Position numbers and translations under genes: made by a program
Assembly: GCA_963845515.1 (NCBI GenBank)
Contig: CAWJSR010000019.1
Coordinates: 23,558 to 87,557 of the forward strand
From: an uncultured delta proteobacterium
Lineage (GTDB): Bacteria > Myxococcota > Myxococcia > Myxococcales > Anaeromyxobacteraceae
Length of the DNA stretch: 64,000 nucleotides
Reading direction: 5' to 3'
In this document: in pieces, positions 47,660-57,144 of the stretch
How the letters are laid out: each line of letters starts with the position of its first letter
Position numbering within the stretch: position 1 is the first letter of the stretch
The notes under the pieces: generated by a model
Database searches by the model: none
What the model saw: the letters and a program-made list of their open reading frames with translations, nothing else
Told to the model about the DNA's origin: nothing

Positions 47660-48511
47660 ATGGGGATGCGAATGACGGAAGCCAGCGGAGCTGAGACTCT
47701 TTCGGGCGTGCAGGGATCCCACAACAGGGTTGCCGCTGTCCGCGCCCGCGAGCTGGCCGGAACGCACGCCCCCCACCCCATCCCCGCCCTGGAGCGGATC
47801 GGGTTGGACGAGGCGCGCGGCCTGATCGACCTCGGGCGTTTCTACACCGAGTACGAGCCGCTGGTGAGCGTTCGCTCTGGACGGACGGCGGCCTACGAGG
47901 CGCTGGCGCGCTTCCGCCGGCGCGACGGGCGGCTCGCCGCACCGGATCGGGTCCTCTCGGCGCTCGACCCCGATCCGGGGCTCCGGCTCCGCGCCGAGCT
48001 CTCGCTCAAGCTCCACCAGATCGAGCACGCGCCGAGAGCCCCGCTCTTCGTGAACCTCGATCCGACCAGCTTCCTGCGGGCGGGTGACGCGAGGAGCAAC
48101 CCGTTCCTGACGCTCTTCTCCTGGTCGAGGACGCGGGTGATCGTCGAGGTGCTGGAGAGCATGGCGGCGGCCGACGCGGTCCGGGCCAGCCGGATGTTCG
48201 CGGCGCTCCGGGCTCGCGGGTTGAAGGTGGCGCTCGACGACGTCGGGGCCCCCGGCGGGCTCCTGACCTTCGAGGCGCTCGCCGAGGCCCACGTCATCAA
48301 GTTCGACCGTACGCTCGTGCCCCGCATGCGCGAGCCGCGGGCGCGCGCGCTGGTGCAGGCGCTGGCGGCCATGGCGAGCGAGAACGGCGCCCGCACCGTG
48401 TTCGAGGGGATCGAGACCACCGCCGAGTTCGTGATGGCCCGCGAGCTCGGCGTCGACCTGGCGCAGGGCTTCCTCTTCCGGGACCGCGTGCGCTCGATCG
48501 AGCGGCGGTGA
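47660..48511 (+). CDS. Stand-alone EAL domain c-di-GMP phosphodiesterase
   Basis: YEP, YEALARF, FVNL, IVEVLE, ALDDVG, IKFDR, EGIET, QGFL; start position uncertain. Confidence 0.9.
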   Translation: MGMRMTEASGAETLSGVQGSHNRVAAVRARELAGTHAPHPIPALERIGLDEARGLIDLGRFYTEYEPLVSVRSGRTAAYEALARFRRRDGRLAAPDRVLSALDPDPGLRLRAELSLKLHQIEHAPRAPLFVNLDPTSFLRAGDARSNPFLTLFSWSRTRVIVEVLESMAAADAVRASRMFAALRARGLKVALDDVGAPGGLLTFEALAEAHVIKFDRTLVPRMREPRARALVQALAAMASENGARTVFEGIETTAEFVMARELGVDLAQGFLFRDRVRSIERR

Positions 48512-48514
48512 GCC

Positions 48515-50329
48515 TCAGAACGTCTCGGTCCGGTAGTGGTAGGACGCCCGGCGCTGCCAGGCCTCGATCGCGCGGAAGACGTCGCGCAGCCGGCTCCGCT
48601 CCAGCGAGGAGAGCGCGCCCAGCACGATGATGTTGGTCGGCAGGAGCCCCTCCGAGAAGTTCCGGAGCTGCTCGCGCAGGCGGAGCCGCAGCAGGAAGCG
48701 GTAGGCCTCGGAGAGCGTGTCGCAGGTGTCCTGCTCGATGTAGCCGGCGTCGAGCGCCGCGGCGAGCCGCTGGAGCGTGTTGGACGAGCGCGCCCCCACC
48801 TCGATGCCGTAGACGCGCGCGAGGAAGACGATCGACGAGATCGCGTTCAGCTTGATGTCTATGCGCGAGGACTCCCCGCGGAGCCGCAGGAACAGCCCGC
48901 CTGGCGGCTTGAAGGTGAGGGCCGACTTGGCCATCGCCGCGAGGAAGGTCCGCGCACCGCGCGCCCGGTCGATGATCCCGTCCAGCGAGTCCACGGAGAG
49001 CGCGCCGTGGACGTGCGCGACGCGGAAGTCGAAGAAGATCGAGGCCTCGAGGAGCGCCTGCGGCGTCGGGTTCTCGAGCCAGCGGACGAACCGATCCTCC
49101 CACTCGGCGAGCGGGCTGCGCCACCTGGTGGCCATGTAGCCGCCGGGGCATGGGGGAAAGCCGGCGGCCTGGAGGTCGCCGTTCACCCGCTCGGTGAGCC
49201 GGGCGAAGTACTCGCGCGCGTCCGAGCTGTCCTCCTGGAAGACGAGCGCGTTGTCCTGGTCGGTGAGGAGCAGCTGCTCCATGCGCCCCTCCGAGCCGAA
49301 CGCCAGCCAGGCGTATGGGCAGGGGGGCGGCCCGAAGTCCGCCTCGGCCCACTTCAGGATCCGCGCGAGGAGCGTGTCGTTGAGCCGCGCCACGAAGCCG
49401 CCGATGGTCGTCGGCTCCAGCCCTCCCGTGAAGAGCGCCGAGACCATCTCGGTCACCATCTGCGTGTAGCCGGAGAGGACCGAGCGGTCGGGGAGCCGCT
49501 CCACCTTCTTCATCACCGCCACCGGGCCCGAGGCCGTGCTCTTGAGCAGGTCGGACGCGGAGACGACGCCCACCACCTCGCCGCCCAGGGTGACCGGGAG
49601 GTGGTGCAGCCCGGAGTCGAGCAGGATGCGCCACGCCTCGTAGATGGGGGTGTTCGACGGCAGCGTCTGGATCGGCGACGTCGCCACCTCGCTCACCGCC
49701 GTCTCCGGCCCACGCCCTGCCGCGAGGACGCGTATCCGGAAGTCACGATCCGTCACGATGGCCGGCGGGTCGGAGTCGAGGAGGAGGGAGCCGACGTTGG
49801 CGTCGGCCATGAGCTTCGCCGCCTCGCCGACGGTGATGCCGGGCGGGCTTCGGATGGCGGGGCCGCGGACCAGGCTCGAGACCGGGAGCGCGAGGTCGGG
49901 CTGGAAGTTCGCCACCTGCTGCCGCTCCAGGCTGTACTTGAGCCGCTCGGCGAGGCCGCTCGCGAAGTGGCCAGCGAAGGAGGCCTGGGCCAGGAGCCGC
50001 TGGAACTCCGCCCTGGGGATCCGGTACGCGAGGAGGTCCTCCTCCACCTGCACGTCGAGGGTCGCCCGCCCCGAGATGAGCGAGGTGAAGCCGAAGACCT
50101 CGCCCTCCTCGAGGAGCTGCAGCGTCTCTCCTTCGCGCTCGAGCCGCACCGCCCCCTTTCGGATCACGTAGAGGTGCTCGGCCGGCGCGCCCCCTGCCGT
50201 CAGCAGGCGGGTCCCGGCCGGGAAGAAGACCACCTCCAGCACCTTGGTGGCGTCGTCGAAGACCGGCTGGGGCAGCGAGTCGAAGGGCGGAGTGGCGCGA
50301 ACGAATGCTACGGGATCGAGGGACGCCAT
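48515..50329 (-). CDS. cNMP-binding + CBS pair + DUF294 nucleotidyltransferase-like protein
   Basis: LYVIRKGAV...GEVFG cNMP domain; AIVTDRDFR and HHLPV CBS; FGSEGRMEQLLLTDQDNAL nucleotidyltransferase motif; GFPPCPGGYMA, IFFDFR. Confidence 0.92.
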   Translation of the reverse strand: MASLDPVAFVRATPPFDSLPQPVFDDATKVLEVVFFPAGTRLLTAGGAPAEHLYVIRKGAVRLEREGETLQLLEEGEVFGFTSLISGRATLDVQVEEDLLAYRIPRAEFQRLLAQASFAGHFASGLAERLKYSLERQQVANFQPDLALPVSSLVRGPAIRSPPGITVGEAAKLMADANVGSLLLDSDPPAIVTDRDFRIRVLAAGRGPETAVSEVATSPIQTLPSNTPIYEAWRILLDSGLHHLPVTLGGEVVGVVSASDLLKSTASGPVAVMKKVERLPDRSVLSGYTQMVTEMVSALFTGGLEPTTIGGFVARLNDTLLARILKWAEADFGPPPCPYAWLAFGSEGRMEQLLLTDQDNALVFQEDSSDAREYFARLTERVNGDLQAAGFPPCPGGYMATRWRSPLAEWEDRFVRWLENPTPQALLEASIFFDFRVAHVHGALSVDSLDGIIDRARGARTFLAAMAKSALTFKPPGGLFLRLRGESSRIDIKLNAISSIVFLARVYGIEVGARSSNTLQRLAAALDAGYIEQDTCDTLSEAYRFLLRLRLREQLRNFSEGLLPTNIIVLGALSSLERSRLRDVFRAIEAWQRRASYHYRTETF

Positions 50330-50375
50330 CGTGGTGGGGGAGAGTACCACCGTCCTCGCCCCGCCTCGGGAGCAT

Positions 50376-50894
50376 CTAGTCCCGGCGATCGCCCGAGAGG
50401 AGGATGCGCAGGACGCCCTCGGGGGCCGCGAGATCCTCGCCGCCGTCGGCGACGACGTCCGGCGACTCGGGCCGTTCGAAGCCGGCGCCGGCGCCTGGGA
50501 GCTCGGTGAGCGAGCCGCGGTAAGCCGCCGCGTAGAGCCCCTTCGTGTCCCGCGCGGCGCAGGCTTCGATGGGCACGTCGACGAAGACCAGCACGAAGCG
50601 TGGCGCGAGGGCGCGCGCCCGCTCCTGGAAGGCGCGCCGATGGCTCGTCGCGGCGACGATCGCCACGAGCCCCTGCCGCGCGAGCAGGGAAGCGAGCCGG
50701 GCCAGCGTTCCGTAGAACCTGGAGCGTGACTCCGGGTCGTAGCCCGGCCGTGGATCGAGCGCCGCGCGGACCTGATCGCCATCCAGGACGGCGGCCGCCA
50801 GGTCGGCGGCGCGCAGGCGCGACTGGATCCGGCGCGCGAGCGTGGACTTGCCGGACGACGGAAGGCCGGTGACCCAGACCACGGCTCCGCTCAT
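50376..50894 (-). CDS. Adenylyl-sulfate kinase-like P-loop kinase
   Basis: VWVTGLPSSGKST, VLDGDQVR, RDTKGLY, FERPESPD; ATGA overlap with the upstream kinase. Confidence 0.85.
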   Translation of the reverse strand: MSGAVVWVTGLPSSGKSTLARRIQSRLRAADLAAAVLDGDQVRAALDPRPGYDPESRSRFYGTLARLASLLARQGLVAIVAATSHRRAFQERARALAPRFVLVFVDVPIEACAARDTKGLYAAAYRGSLTELPGAGAGFERPESPDVVADGGEDLAAPEGVLRILLSGDRRD

Positions 50895-52003
50895 GCCTCG
50901 CTCCTCCCCAGCGCCTCGTCCGCGTCGGCGACGTCCAGGAAGCCGCGGTCGAGCACGCGCTCCACGAGCGAGAGGAGCGTGTCCCGCGCCTCGGTGGAGA
51001 GGTTCGGGTAGAAGCGCGGAGAGGCGACGACGAGGGCGCGCCAGGCGAGGAAGGGCGGCGCGGTCTCGTGCACCTCCTCGTCTCGGACCGCAGCGAGGTA
51101 GGTCTCCAGGAAGGCGCGCCAGAGGGGACCGAGGCCGCGGCGCCAGGCGGCGCGGTGCTCGACCGCGAAGAAGACGTAGTTGATGGCCATCGCCGTCAGG
51201 TCGTCGGCGGGATCTCCGGCCCCCCCACGGCTCGCGTCCAGGAGCTTGAAGCGGAGCGGGTCGGCCGCCGCCGGGGGCGGGAAGAGGACGTTGAAGGGGT
51301 GGAAGTCGCCATGGGTGCGCGCGAGCCGGCGCCGCTTCTCGCGCAGGCGCCAGCGCCACGCGAGGCAGCGCTCCTCGATGGCACGCAGCCGCGCCGGCGG
51401 GGCCGCCGGGGTGTCGGCGGGGTAGCCGTCGACCATTCCGAAGATCCCCTCACCGTGTCCCACGAGGTCGCGCACGGCGCGGTGCCAGCGATCGACGTCG
51501 TCCCAGCGCTCGGCGTGGAGCGATGCGAGCCAGCGCGCCAGCGCCCCGGCGCGCGCCAGGTCGAGCTCCCCGGCGCTCCCGTCACGCGCGATCCGCCGGA
51601 GGTCCTCGGCGTAGGGGACGCCGTCCGCCCACTCGGTCACCAGGTAGAACTCGCCGGTCTCGCGCAGGGAGACGCAGCGCCCGTCGTCGGCGATGGCGCC
51701 GACGTCGAGGGCGCGGACGTGGTCCGGCGTCCCCTCGAACTGGTCGTATGCCAGGAGGAGCCCGTCGGCGCGATCCGCGCGCCGGTCGTGGCCGAACGGG
51801 TTGGGGGCCATCGTCCTGAAGACGAGCTCCCGCGCGGCGCCGTCGGCGAGCCGGGCGGTGATCCGGACCGGCACGCCGTAGCCCTCGACCTTGGCCGTGT
51901 CGCCGGTCCCGGCGTCCGGCCCGAGCGGGACGATCCGCTCCAGCCTGGCGCCGGGGAAGAGCGTCGAGACGAGCTTGTCCAGGCGCGCTGGGAGGACGAC
52001 CAC
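50891..52003 (-). CDS. Aminoglycoside phosphotransferase-like (APH/ePK-fold) kinase
   Basis: YLVTEWADG hinge, THGDFHPFNV Brenner motif, LLDAS, GDPADDL; GGAGG RBS. Confidence 0.85.
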   Translation of the reverse strand: MVVLPARLDKLVSTLFPGARLERIVPLGPDAGTGDTAKVEGYGVPVRITARLADGAARELVFRTMAPNPFGHDRRADRADGLLLAYDQFEGTPDHVRALDVGAIADDGRCVSLRETGEFYLVTEWADGVPYAEDLRRIARDGSAGELDLARAGALARWLASLHAERWDDVDRWHRAVRDLVGHGEGIFGMVDGYPADTPAAPPARLRAIEERCLAWRWRLREKRRRLARTHGDFHPFNVLFPPPAAADPLRFKLLDASRGGAGDPADDLTAMAINYVFFAVEHRAAWRRGLGPLWRAFLETYLAAVRDEEVHETAPPFLAWRALVVASPRFYPNLSTEARDTLLSLVERVLDRGFLDVADADEALGRSEA

Positions 52004-52091
52004 GTGGAGCCTCCGGATGGTGACCCCACGATGCTACGCCCGGCGAGCGCGCCGGCGGCAGGCCCCGACCGGGCGGGGCCCCAATGCCCGC

Positions 52092-52940
52092 CTACTTCCC
52101 CTTCTTCTTCGCCGGGGCGACCGCCTTGTCGAGGTCGGCCGGCACGGGCGCGATCGCCGGCGTGAGGACGATCTCGATCCTGCGGTTGCGCGTGCGGCCG
52201 CTCACCGTGCGGTTGCTGGAGATCGGCTCCCAGGGCCCGTAGGCGGCGACCACCAGGTTCTTCCCGGGGACCTTCGCCTGCTCCTCGAGGTAGCGGACGA
52301 CGTTGATGGCGCGCGCCGCCGCGAGGTCCCAGTTGGTCGGGTACTTGTCCTTCAGCTTGTCCGAGATCGGGATGTCGTCGGTGTGGCCGGAGACCTGGAT
52401 CTTCTTGTCCTTCACGTTGGCGAGGATCGCGCCGACGCGCGCGAGGACGCCGCCGCCGCCCATCGTGACCGCCGAGTCCCCCTGGTCGAAGAGGATCTTG
52501 TCCACCAGATCCACCTTGATCCGGCCGCCGGACTGGGAGAGGCGGATGTCGCCCTTCTTGATCTCCTCCTGCATCTTCTGCTCGAGCTCCTGGTAGGTCC
52601 CCTGGAGCTTGGTGATCTCCTCGTCCTTCGCCTGGACCTGGAGGGAGAGCTCGTTCTTCAGCGCGAGGAGGTCGGACTTCTCGGCCTCCATCTTCTCGAG
52701 CCGCTGCGCGACCTCGGCCCGCTCGGTCCGCGCCTCTCCGAGCCGCGCGTTCGCGTCGACGAGCTGCGCGGTGGCGGCGGCGGCGTCGGTGCGCGCCACG
52801 TCGAGCCGGGTGAGCAGGAAGACCGACGCCCCCGCGCCGGCCAGGAGGGCGAGGATGAAGAGGACCCAGGGCGTCTTGCTGGGCTTCGCCAGCTTGAGCG
52901 CCTCGTTCATCACGTCGTCGTAGGTGTCCATGTCGGCCAT
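52092..52940 (-). CDS. OmpA/MotB-family peptidoglycan-binding membrane protein
   Basis: Single TM, coiled coil, ILFDQG, VSGHTDD, NWDLAAARA, RNRRIEI. Confidence 0.92.
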   Translation of the reverse strand: MADMDTYDDVMNEALKLAKPSKTPWVLFILALLAGAGASVFLLTRLDVARTDAAAATAQLVDANARLGEARTERAEVAQRLEKMEAEKSDLLALKNELSLQVQAKDEEITKLQGTYQELEQKMQEEIKKGDIRLSQSGGRIKVDLVDKILFDQGDSAVTMGGGGVLARVGAILANVKDKKIQVSGHTDDIPISDKLKDKYPTNWDLAAARAINVVRYLEEQAKVPGKNLVVAAYGPWEPISSNRTVSGRTRNRRIEIVLTPAIAPVPADLDKAVAPAKKKGK

Positions 52941-53049
52941 CGGGCCCTCCTGTTGCTCGGTCGAGGGGCCATTCTTTCACCCGTGGAGTTGGACGGGCAA
53001 GGATTCGCATCGCTGCGCGGACGGTTCGGGCGGTGGTAGAACGTGTGCG

Positions 53050-54975
53050 ATGTCGGACCGGGAGCAGCGCGCGATCGTCGCGCAGCGGGCGCTGGCGAGA
53101 GGCGACGGGGAGCAGCAGCGAGACCCGGTCGCCGAGGCGGAGGCGCGGCTGGCGTCGGTCCTCGCCGAGGTCACGGCGCTGGACGGCGAGGTGGAGGCGC
53201 TCTCGGCGGCGCTCGCCGCGTTCGGCCGCCGATACGAGCAGGCGCTGGCCGGCGCCTTCGCGGCGCTCGGCGAGGCCGACCGGCTGACGCGCCGGCTGCA
53301 GCGGCTGGAGGACGAGGTCGCGCGGCTGGCGCGGCACCTCCGCGAAGGGGAGCAGGAGCCGCCGCCGGAGGAGGCCAGGCGCGCGCGCGCAGGCAGCCGT
53401 CGGAGCCATCGCAAGCGCCGCAGGGCCGGACCGGAGCCCTTCGCCTGGCACGCCTTCGAGGCGGAGCCGCTGGAGGCCGAGGCCAGGCCCGCGGAGGCGG
53501 AGGCGCAGGAGGCCGAGCCGGAGCCGGAGCTGGAGGGGGAGGCGGCCGCGCTCAAGCGCGTCTACAGGCGGCTCGCCCGCGTCCTCCACCCGGACCTGGC
53601 GCGCGATGCCGGGGAGCAGGCACGGCTCGGCGAGCTGATGGCGCGCGTCAACGCCGCCTACGCAACCGGCGACCGGACGACGCTGGAGGTTATGGCGGAG
53701 AAGGTCGGGGCGGGCGAGCCGCTGGGCGAGCTCTCCCCGGAGGAGCGGCTCGCCAACCTGGCCCGCCGCGCCGCGACGCTCGGGAACGTGGCTGCGTCGC
53801 TCGGGCGGGAGAAGGCGAGGCTCACGCGGACCGACACGTTCCGGCTTCGCGCCGAGGCGCTGGCGCGCGAGGAGACGGGCGGGGACTGGTTCGCGGAGAC
53901 GGCGAGCGAGCTGCGCGAGGAAGAGGCGGCGGCGGCGGCCGACGCGGTGGCGCGGCTCGACCGGCTCACGCGCGCTGCGCGCGAGCTCGACCGCGCACGG
54001 AGGATGGCCATGGGGCTGATCGCGAAGCGGGGTCCGACGGGGACGAAGCGGGCCTTCGACCCGCTGCAGGAGAGCGCCTTGGTCCGCAAGGGGGCGGCGC
54101 TGCTGGAGAGGCAGCGTGCCACGGGACCGGCGCGCGAGCTGGCGCGACTCCTGGAGGAGGCGGCGGCGGAGCGGCCATGGGAGGTGGCGCTCGCGGTCCT
54201 GGCGCTGTTCCTGGAGGAGGCGGTCAGGCCGCCCCCCTCCATCGAGACCGGCGCCGGCTTCGCGGACAGGTGGGATCTCCTGCGCGCGGACTGGGAAGGG
54301 GCGCCCGACCTGGCTCGCGCGCTCGCGCGCCTGCCGCGTCACCTCGAGGTCGGCGTGCGGGCGGGCAGGACCGAGGTCGCGGCCGGGCTGCAGCTCGCCT
54401 CCCCGGAGCTCGCCGCCGGCGTGCGGATCGCGCTCGAGAGGCCGTCGGTCGGCGAGATCGGCCGGGCGGTCCTGTCGGCGCTGGGGCCCGCGGAGACCTG
54501 CAAGGAGTGCAAGGAGGAGGTCGTCGGAGTCCACCTCCTGCGGACGCGTGGCCTCGACGAGCTGAACGGTCTCGTCTGCCCGCGCTGCGGCGCGGTCCAG
54601 CGGAGCTACTGGCGGTACGGTGAGCCGGAGGGGCTCGAGGCGCTGGCGCCCTGGGCGCTGAGGCTGGGGCTCGTCGCCGAGCAGGGGCTCTCGCTCGCAG
54701 GAACGGTCATCGGCTTCCAGATGCTCCCGGAGGAGCACGAGGCGCTCACCGCCGCCGCGCTGCGCGATCGCTTCGCGCAGCTCTACCTCGCGCCGTACGG
54801 CGTCGAGCTGGATCCAGCGACCATGGCGATCGCGGCGGGCGCGAAGGCGCTCAGGCCGAACGCGCTCCTCGGTGACTCGAAGGTCGCGCTCGCCATCTCA
54901 CCGGAGGCCGGGACCACCCCCGAGGCGCTGCTGGAGCTGCTCCGCGGGAGGGTCGCGCAGCGGTTCAAGCGCTAG
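53050..54975 (+). CDS. J-domain protein with coiled coils and a C-terminal zinc ribbon
   Basis: LKRVYRRLARVLHPD...LMARVNAAY J motif; CKEC...CPRC. Confidence 0.8.
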   Translation: MSDREQRAIVAQRALARGDGEQQRDPVAEAEARLASVLAEVTALDGEVEALSAALAAFGRRYEQALAGAFAALGEADRLTRRLQRLEDEVARLARHLREGEQEPPPEEARRARAGSRRSHRKRRRAGPEPFAWHAFEAEPLEAEARPAEAEAQEAEPEPELEGEAAALKRVYRRLARVLHPDLARDAGEQARLGELMARVNAAYATGDRTTLEVMAEKVGAGEPLGELSPEERLANLARRAATLGNVAASLGREKARLTRTDTFRLRAEALAREETGGDWFAETASELREEEAAAAADAVARLDRLTRAARELDRARRMAMGLIAKRGPTGTKRAFDPLQESALVRKGAALLERQRATGPARELARLLEEAAAERPWEVALAVLALFLEEAVRPPPSIETGAGFADRWDLLRADWEGAPDLARALARLPRHLEVGVRAGRTEVAAGLQLASPELAAGVRIALERPSVGEIGRAVLSALGPAETCKECKEEVVGVHLLRTRGLDELNGLVCPRCGAVQRSYWRYGEPEGLEALAPWALRLGLVAEQGLSLAGTVIGFQMLPEEHEALTAAALRDRFAQLYLAPYGVELDPATMAIAAGAKALRPNALLGDSKVALAISPEAGTTPEALLELLRGRVAQRFKR

Positions 54976-55073
54976 CAGAAGGAGAGCACGCGGACGTGCT
55001 CCCCCGGCGCTGCCTGCAGCGGGGCGACGCCAGCCGCGGGAGCCCCGCGGCCGGCGTCCGACCCCTGACGGCG

Positions 55074-57144
55074 CTAGGGCGCCGACGTGTGGCAGCCGCC
55101 GCAGCCGTTCGTGTAGGCGATCGGCATCATGTTGGCCGACTTGTTCGTGATGTCCGCGCGGAGCGGGACGTCGAACAGGTGGGACGAGATGTCTCCGGAC
55201 CAGTACTGCGTCCCGGCGATCGACCTCTGCCTGAGCCCCGAGCCCGACTTGGCAGTCTTGGGCATGTGGCAGTCGATGCACTTGATGTCGCCCATTGCCA
55301 GGTCGATGACCCCCTGGGCGGCCCAGTGCTGCTGCATCCGCTGGCCGACTGTCAGCCCGGCCGGCGCCGGGTAGCCGTTCAGGTACTGCTTGTGGCAGGA
55401 GAGGCAGAGTCCCTCGGTGCCGGCCGCCGCGTAGTCGGACCCGGACGCATCGAGGGTCGTCTGGACCTGGTGCGAGAGGCCGCTGTTGCCGTGCACGTCA
55501 TGGCACGCCGCGCAGGTGAGCAGCTCGTAGGGGTTCCGGTACTTCTTCGACTTGATGAAGTCGGTCGCCTGCTGGTGGTGCTTCTGGGAGTGGCAGGTCG
55601 TCGCCGCCGGCCGCGATCGGTCCAGAGGCCGTCGTCGATCTTGGAGACGTGGCTCGCGAGGAACTCGGCGCGGCTGGCGCCGGGGACCGTCATGCGGTCG
55701 TTCACGTCGAGGGGGGCCTCGGTGGTGTACGCCGCGGGGGCGCCGGACTGGAGCCCGCCGTTACCCTTCACGCGGGTGTGGCACTGCGCGCAGATGTTCA
55801 CCTCGCGCTCCGGCGTGAGAAGGCTGGGGCTCACGATGGAGCGGCCGTTGCCGGCGCGGTACCAGTGCTCCGAGCCCGGGCCATGGCAGGACTCGCAGGA
55901 GATGTTCATCGCCTCGGCGAGGCCGTCGCCGTCGTAGTCGTACTCGCCGTTCTCGTCCGGCACGGCGCTCGCCTTGTTGCCGTTGAGCGAGTACCCCGTG
56001 AAGTGGCAGCCGGCGCAGGCGTTGTCGAACGACTTGTCCGCGCCCGGGGTCCGGAGCGTCGGAGTTCTCCGGGGTCGTGGTGTTCTCCGTGTACCAGTTG
56101 CCGGCGTTGTACTGCACCCAGGTCCAGCGGCCGTAGGGGGTGGTCGCCTCCTCGGTGGCGGGGAGCGCCTGGGTGTTGAACTGGATCGGGAGGATGTAGC
56201 GGCTGCCGTTCGGGAGCCTGGCGGCGTAGCGCTGCTTGTAGATGCCGCCGCCGTACGAGAGCTCGACCTCGTAGGTGGCCGTCGCGCCGTCGGTCCCCTT
56301 CACGTTGGCCAGCGTGACCTTGTACTTTCCGTCGGCGGGGTCGATCGAACAGGCGAGCCGAGAAGCTGACGCCGGTGCCGGGGTTGGTCTCGGACAGCTT
56401 CCAGTCCGCCTTGGCCGCGTCATACGCGTAGTAGTAGAGCGTGGTGTCGGCCGCGAACTTCGCGAGGGGGGCGTTCCACTCGGCGTCCGGGAAGATCTTG
56501 GCGCTCTGCAGCGGACCGCGCTCCGCGACGACGCGGATGCCGTTCATGTGGAGCGTCTGGAGCTCGTGCACGACGCCGTGGCAGCGGAGGCAGACGCTCG
56601 GGCCGACGAACTGCGCCGTTGCGGAGGGCCTCGTCGAGACCTTGACGTCGAGCTGCTTGCCGACGAGGGCCGTGTCCTGCAGCGACGACCGGCAGAGGCT
56701 GCCGCCGGGGAGGTGGTCGGCGTCCGTCGCGGCAGGGACGACGGTGAGGTAGAAGCGCCCGCCGGCAGGGACCGTCGCGATCCGGTAGATGCCGTTGGCG
56801 TCGGTGACCGCCCTCGCGTAGCCCGCGCCGTTGGCGGCGATGGTGTCCTCCAGCGGCTCGTCCACGGCGCTGGCGCGGGCGGCGGTGATCGACGAGAGGT
56901 CGACCGCCGCCGTCGGGATGTCGGTGTTCGGGACGAGGTAGACGGTGGCGCCGATGACCGGCTCGCCCGCGGTGTCCCTGACGAAGCCGACGACGCCGCT
57001 CGACTCCAGCGGCAGGTAGCCGAGCCCCGGGGCACCGGGAGCACCCGGAGTGCCGGCGTCACCGGCGTCACCGGCGGGGCCGGTCTCCCCCTGACAAGCC
57101 GTGAGCACGAGAGCCCCAACTGCGACGAGTATCCAGTTCTTCAT
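55074..57144 (-). CDS. Octaheme c-type cytochrome lipoprotein, multiple frameshifts (about 56350, 56050, 55600)
   Basis: LTAC lipobox, G-X-Y repeats; CLRCH, CAGCH, CESCH, CAQCH, CAACH, CLSCH, CIDCH and CGGCH across joined frames. Confidence 0.8.

Noticed and set aside
55585..55605. A ninth heme motif near TTCH
   Set aside because: No first Cys is present, and the Cys arises at an indel. The corrected reading is probably GGDDL-HSQKHHQQ.
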